The notes below the pieces were generated by a model. That model saw only the letters and a list, made by a program, of their open reading frames with translations, was not told the DNA's origin and did not search any database. This document shows positions 41,601 to 47,600 of a DNA stretch of 64,000 nucleotides, one piece after another. A program made the translations under genes and the position numbers. Location of the stretch: positions 1,440,001 to 1,504,000 of the forward strand of contig CBDCOZ010000003.1 of assembly GCA_965220085.1 (NCBI GenBank). Reading direction: 5' to 3'. The stretch comes from Candidatus Oxydemutatoraceae bacterium. Lineage in GTDB: Bacteria > Pseudomonadota > Gammaproteobacteria > Poriferisulfidales > Oxydemutatoraceae. The first letter of the stretch is position 1, and each line of letters begins with the position of its first letter.

Positions 41601-44600
41601 GCCGATGAGACCGCCCGATAGGTTATGTGCCAGCACATTGCCCGATGCATAACTGCGTTGAACCGTACCGCCGTCGTGAAAGCCCAGCAGAGCGCCGACA
41701 TACTGATTGCCCGATACCGATACCGCCGACCAACCGCCTTCTATCGTGCCGGCGACCAACTTGCCGACCAGACCGCCGATATTAACACTGCTATCACCGC
41801 CGCTTACTTCCCCGGTCACGGAGGCATTGAATATCGCCGCGCTGTCAATAACGCCGAACAAGCCTTGGTCGGATGCCTCACGATTGATATACAGGTTGTA
41901 GATGGTATTACCGTTGCCATTGAATGTGCCCGTAAAGCGCGCCGTATCGCTTCCAATCGGCTCCCAACCCGCTTCGTCATCGTTGTCGTCGGGGTTGTTT
42001 ATCCAGCCGGTGGTTGCAGTCGTGCCACTCGCATAGCTCGCCGCGTCGGCAAAATCCAAATCACGCGTCAATTCATAGCCGGCGCAACCGGTGCTGGCGG
42101 GGCAACCCATGCCGGTAGCGGCACCGTCAAAAGCTTCCAGATAGCGATCCTCAAACTGCGTCGGTATGTCGGCGCCGTCGCCGTTCAAGTCCCAGCGCAT
42201 TGCATTCAACTGCTCCAAGGTGGTGATTTCAATCAGACCATCGTCATCGGCATCGTAATCCGTGCCGGCTACGGTAATGGTTTGACTTGCCTCGCCGCCG
42301 TTGATGACAGCCACAACCTGATAACGGAGAACACTGGAAAAAGGCCCGGGATCGGAAGCTCCGTAGGTATGGGCAGTCTGTTCCGTCTCCGTCAGAAGCC
42401 ATGCCGGAGCCGATGTATTACTGTCGGCGTACACTCTGTACGTGATCGCCGGAGGATGCGTCCAATGCGATAAGTCGGGCGCGCTCCAATCGATTATTAC
42501 GGTCTCATCATCGTCGCCGGGACGCACCGTTACGGAGCCCGGCCCGTCGCGCAACTGATAGCCGAACTCCTGCCATGTCGCTTCGCCGTCATTATTGAAA
42601 TCAACTTTCAGCGCGGGGTATTGACCGGTCGTGCCGAAGTCCCAGTAATCGCTGCCATCGTCATCCCAACTCAAATAGATACCGCTGTAGTCCGTCGGCG
42701 TCCGCAGCTCGGCAGTCGCATAGCCGGCTGTGCCGGCGGAAGAGCCCGTGCCGACCGCGAGCGGATAACCGGATAGTTCGCTGTCCCAATATACATCGGC
42801 GAACACGGCGCCGGTATCGGGGTTGACTCCGCCGATACTGCCGGTCTCATCCCGGTCGGGATAAAGCGAAACCCAAGAGTACCCGTATTTGAGTTGTACT
42901 TTGCCCAAAGAACCGATCAAGCCGCCCAGCTTTTCCGAATCGACCACCCCCGCTGCGTCGTCTACATGGCCCGTCGCATAAACATGTTCCACAGTACTGG
43001 TGTTAAGAGTCCGGTGCACTGCGCCGATCAAACCGCCCGCCTGTTCGCGCAGTCTCGCGCCGCCTGTCGCATAGCTCGCGCGCACGGTCCCGGTATCCAG
43101 CCTGCCAAGCAGAGAGCCGCCGATACCGCCGCCTTCCGCCATGACCGCCGAGTAACTCTGCTCGATCGTACCGCCGCTATTGACAGCAACCAAACCGCCG
43201 ATTTCGTTGCTGCTCAGTTCCCCGCTGACCCGACCGCTGACACCGAGATTACGCAATACCGCTCCGGAACCGATACCGCCGAACAGCCCTTGTTCATTGA
43301 CTATGCGGGAAATGTAAAGATTGTGAATCGCATAACCATTGCCATCAAACCTCGCACGGAATCTGGTGGAAACACTGCTGTCACTGCCAATCGGGTTCCA
43401 GCCACTGACACCCGTCGTCCCTTCTGTCCACAACGGGTTAACGCTGCCGCTTGCGTAGCTTCTGGGATCGGTGAAATCCAAATCACGCGTCAGTTCATAG
43501 CCGATGCATTCGGTGATAGGTTGGCCGCCGACGGTCGCGGGGTTGGCGGGAGTCGGACACCCCAGGGCATCGGCCGCATTATAGAAAGCCGCCGTGTAAT
43601 TTGCCTGATTGGCGCTGATAACGCTGCCGTTGCCGTCAAGGTCCCAGCGCATTGCGTTCAACTGCTCCAAAGCGCTGATCTCAATCAGGCCGTCGTCGTC
43701 GCTATCGTAATCTATCGTCGTCGCGTCCGAGACGAGGACGACGCGGCTCGCCTCGCCGCCGTTAACGACGGCCGCCACGCGATAGGTATGCGCGGCGCCG
43801 GCGGTCAGACCCGTATCCTCGTATGTTTGCGCCGTGATATTTTTCGCCAGCGCCTCGTCGTCGCGGTATACGCTGTAGGCGATCGCCAAGTTCGGCGCAT
43901 CGGACGGCCAATGGGACAAGTCGGGCGGGGCCCAACGCAATGTTCTCGATGTGCCGCCGCCATGTGCTATCAGCCGCGGCCCTTCGCGCATCTGATAACC
44001 GAATTCCTGCCAGGTTGCGGCGCCGTCATTGTTGAAGTCGACCTTCAGCGCCGGATACTCATCGGCTCTGCCGAAATCCCAGTAGTCGGTCGCATTGCCC
44101 GCAGAATCAACCGCATTCCAGTCGGCATATATGCCGACGTAACCCTGATGCCCTTGCAATTCGGCGGTCGTCTTGGCGGTCACATCGCCGGTATCTTCGG
44201 CGCCGTCGACGATGCCAAACCCCGCGCTGACGTCGGATGTATCGCTGTCCCAATAGACTGCGTCAAACGCGGTCACTTGATTGCTGTTCCGTCCGGCTAT
44301 GCCGCCGCGATTCGCGGCATCGGCGGCAATCTGCGCGGTCGCGTAGGCATATCTGACGGTTGACCTGCCTATCCAGCCGAACAGACCGCCCGACCTCCCA
44401 TCGCCATCGGCGCCGATGTAACCGGTCGCATAGACATGCTCCACAACGGCGCCATCCTGAAGCGCGCCGGTTATGCCCGCGGGTTCATGGGCGGCCGATG
44501 CGTCGCCGGTCGTGTAACTGCGGCGCACCGCGCCGCCGCCGGTAATCCACCCCGCCAACGGCGAGGCGCGGAGATTCCCCCCCGTTACCGCTGCCGCCGA

Positions 44601-47600
44601 ATAGACCTCTTCTATCGTCGTGCCCACGGTCTTGCCGACCACACCGCCAGTGTCCATCATACCGTTGCCGCCCGCCGTCACCGAACCGGTCACGCCAAGA
44701 TTGGAAATCGTCGTCGCGCCGGTCTCTCCGAACAGACCTTGCTGATTGGCATTGCGCTCAATAAACAGGTTATAAATCGTATGACCGTTGCCGTTGAATC
44801 TTGCCACAAAGCGAGCCGCGCTGCTGCCTATCGGCGTCCAGCCTGCGCCGCCTTCACCCGCACTCCAACCTTCGTCAACATCTCCCGTATAGCTTGCGGC
44901 ATCATTAAAGTCCAAGTCGGCTGTCAATTCGTAACCATTACAACCGATGCCTGTCGGGCAGCCGCGACCGAAAGCCGCATCAGGGAAAGCCTCACTATAG
45001 TCATCGTCTCTGTCGGAACTGTCGGCAATGGCATTGCCGTCTAAATCCCAGCGTATCGCATAGAGTTGATTCAGATTGCTGATTTCAATCAGCCTGTCGT
45101 TATCGCTGTCATAATCCACCGAGCGTGACACAGCAACGCTGCGGCTCGCTTCGCCGCCGTTGACAATAGCGGCAACATAGTAAGTGTAATCAATACCGGT
45201 GGCGGCATTCTCATCGGCATAGGCTGTCATTCCCTGATCCAGTTTAACGATTTCTGTCGGGGTGCTGGCGCTGCCCTCGGCCCGGTAGACAGCGTAAGTA
45301 ACAACCGGTTCAATCCCCCAATACAATGTGTAGGGAGCCTGCCAGCTCAACCGCCTTCTGGCATCGGTACCTGTCACTGACAGACCAATCGGGCCTTCGC
45401 GCAACTGATAGCCGAACTCCTGCCATGTCGCTTCGCCGTCATTGTTAAAATCAACTTTTAATGCGGGGTACTGGCTGGCAGTGCCAAAATCCCAGTAATC
45501 GGTGCCATCCAAATTCCAATTTGCATAGATACCCGCATAGCCGGTCGGGGATTGCAATTCGGCGGTTGTTTTCCCCGCGGCGCCAAAATCATCCTGCGGC
45601 ATATCTCGCGTCGCAACCCTATTTGATCGGTTTGACGTCTCAATATCCCAGTAGGCATCGGAACTCCCGGATCGAACGCCAAGCGAACCATGCAACCCGC
45701 CGCCGTATTCCGGAGCGCCGAGAGGGAGCAAAGCGGCAGCGTAGGCATATCTGACCTGTGCGGAACCCGTATAACCTACCAGACCTCCGCCTTGTGATAC
45801 GCGACCCGTCGCATAGCTGTGCGTAATAAAGCTCGGGTTTGTTATATTATCGGAAACCCGTCCGACCAAACCTCCGACCGTAGTGGTTCTTTCATATAGA
45901 GCGCGCACAGAACCCGTCGCATAACTGGTTTGGACCGTGGCTTGATCCAACTGGCCGAGTAGAGAAGCAACACTTGAGCCGGCCGTCGCCGATACCGCCG
46001 AATAACTCCGCTCTATCGTCGCGCCTTCCATCGCAAGACCCGCCAAACCGCCAATTCGGTTATCGGTCGCGGGAGCGGTAATCTCGCCGGTCACGCCGAC
46101 ATTGGCAATCGCAGCACTGCCGGTTAATCTGCCGAACAAGCCTGATCTGGACATTCTGCGGTCGATGCGCAGGTTATAAATCGTATGACCGTTGCCGTTA
46201 AATACCGTTGCAAACTCGGTGCGACTTCTTTCGTCTCCAATCGGCAACCAACCTTCGCCCGTCGTCCATTCCGTCATTTTGGCACTACCGGCGGCATAGC
46301 TATCGGCCGCATTGAAATCCAGATCGTTCAGCAACTCATAACCGATACAGACATCGGCAAAGCACCCCATATTGGCCGGGGCATCGGGAAAAGCCGCTGT
46401 GTAATCCGAAGCGTTTTCCGTTGCCGGTATGCCATCGCCATCCAGGTCCCACCTCAGTGCGTTCAACTGATCCAGATTTGAAACTTCAATCAAGCCGTTT
46501 TCATTACTGTCGTAATCAACCCCGGAGGATACGAAAGTACTACGGCTTGCTTCACCGCCATTGATAACGGCCGCAACATGGTATACATAGTCATCGTTGA
46601 TAGACACAGACGTGTCGGTATAGATCGTTGTTGTCAGATTGCTTTGCCCCGACATGAGACTGCCGTCACGATACACTCTGTACGCCACCGTCGGCGGCAG
46701 CGGCAGCCAATGTGACACATCGGGCGTACTCCAACTCAGTTGCCTGCTCGTACTGCCGCGACTCACTGCCATGTCTTGTGGCCCCCTGCGCAGTTGATAA
46801 CCGAACTCTTCCCAACCCACTCTGTCGTTGTTATTGAAATCAATTTGCAATACCGGATATTGGTCAAAATCTCCGAAGTCCCAATAATCGGTCACATTGC
46901 CGCTGGCGTCCGCCGCATCCCAGTCATCATAAATTCCGCTATAACCGACCGGCAATTGCAATTCGCTTGTCATATTGCCGATAGCACCGCCGGAACCGCC
47001 CTCCCCGATAGCATTCGTCTTGTCCGATGTATCGGTATCCCAGTAGACGGAGGCGAATGCGGCGCTGCCCGCATTGCGTCCGCCGAGGCCGCCGCTGTTT
47101 GTCGCAGCGGATGCGATTAGTGCGGTCGTGTAACTGTACTTCAGTCGTACATTGCCGACATGACCGAGCAGACCGCCGCCCCACTTTGTGTCACCGCCGC
47201 GCGTCGCGTCCACATATCCGGTTGCGTAGCTGTGTTCAATAATGCTGTCCGCCGCGCTGGCGTGAACTTTGCCGACCAGCCCGCCGGTCTCGGCGTTAGC
47301 CAGCGTGTTGCCGGTTGCGTAACTTATTCGCACCGTGCCCTGTTCGTTGTAACCGAGCAACGAACCGACGGCGGCATTGCCGCGCACCGATACGCTTGAG
47401 TAACTCTTTTCTATGATGCCGCCGCCGACCATCTCGCCGGCCAAGCCGCCGACATTATCGGTGGCGGCGCCGGCATGAACCTCGCCGTCTACGCCGATAT
47501 TGGAGACCGTCGCATCGGCGCCGAGAGCGCCAAATAAGCCTTGCGGCGCGTTGCTGTCACGCTCGATATGCAGATTGCTGATGGCATGGCCATTGCCGTT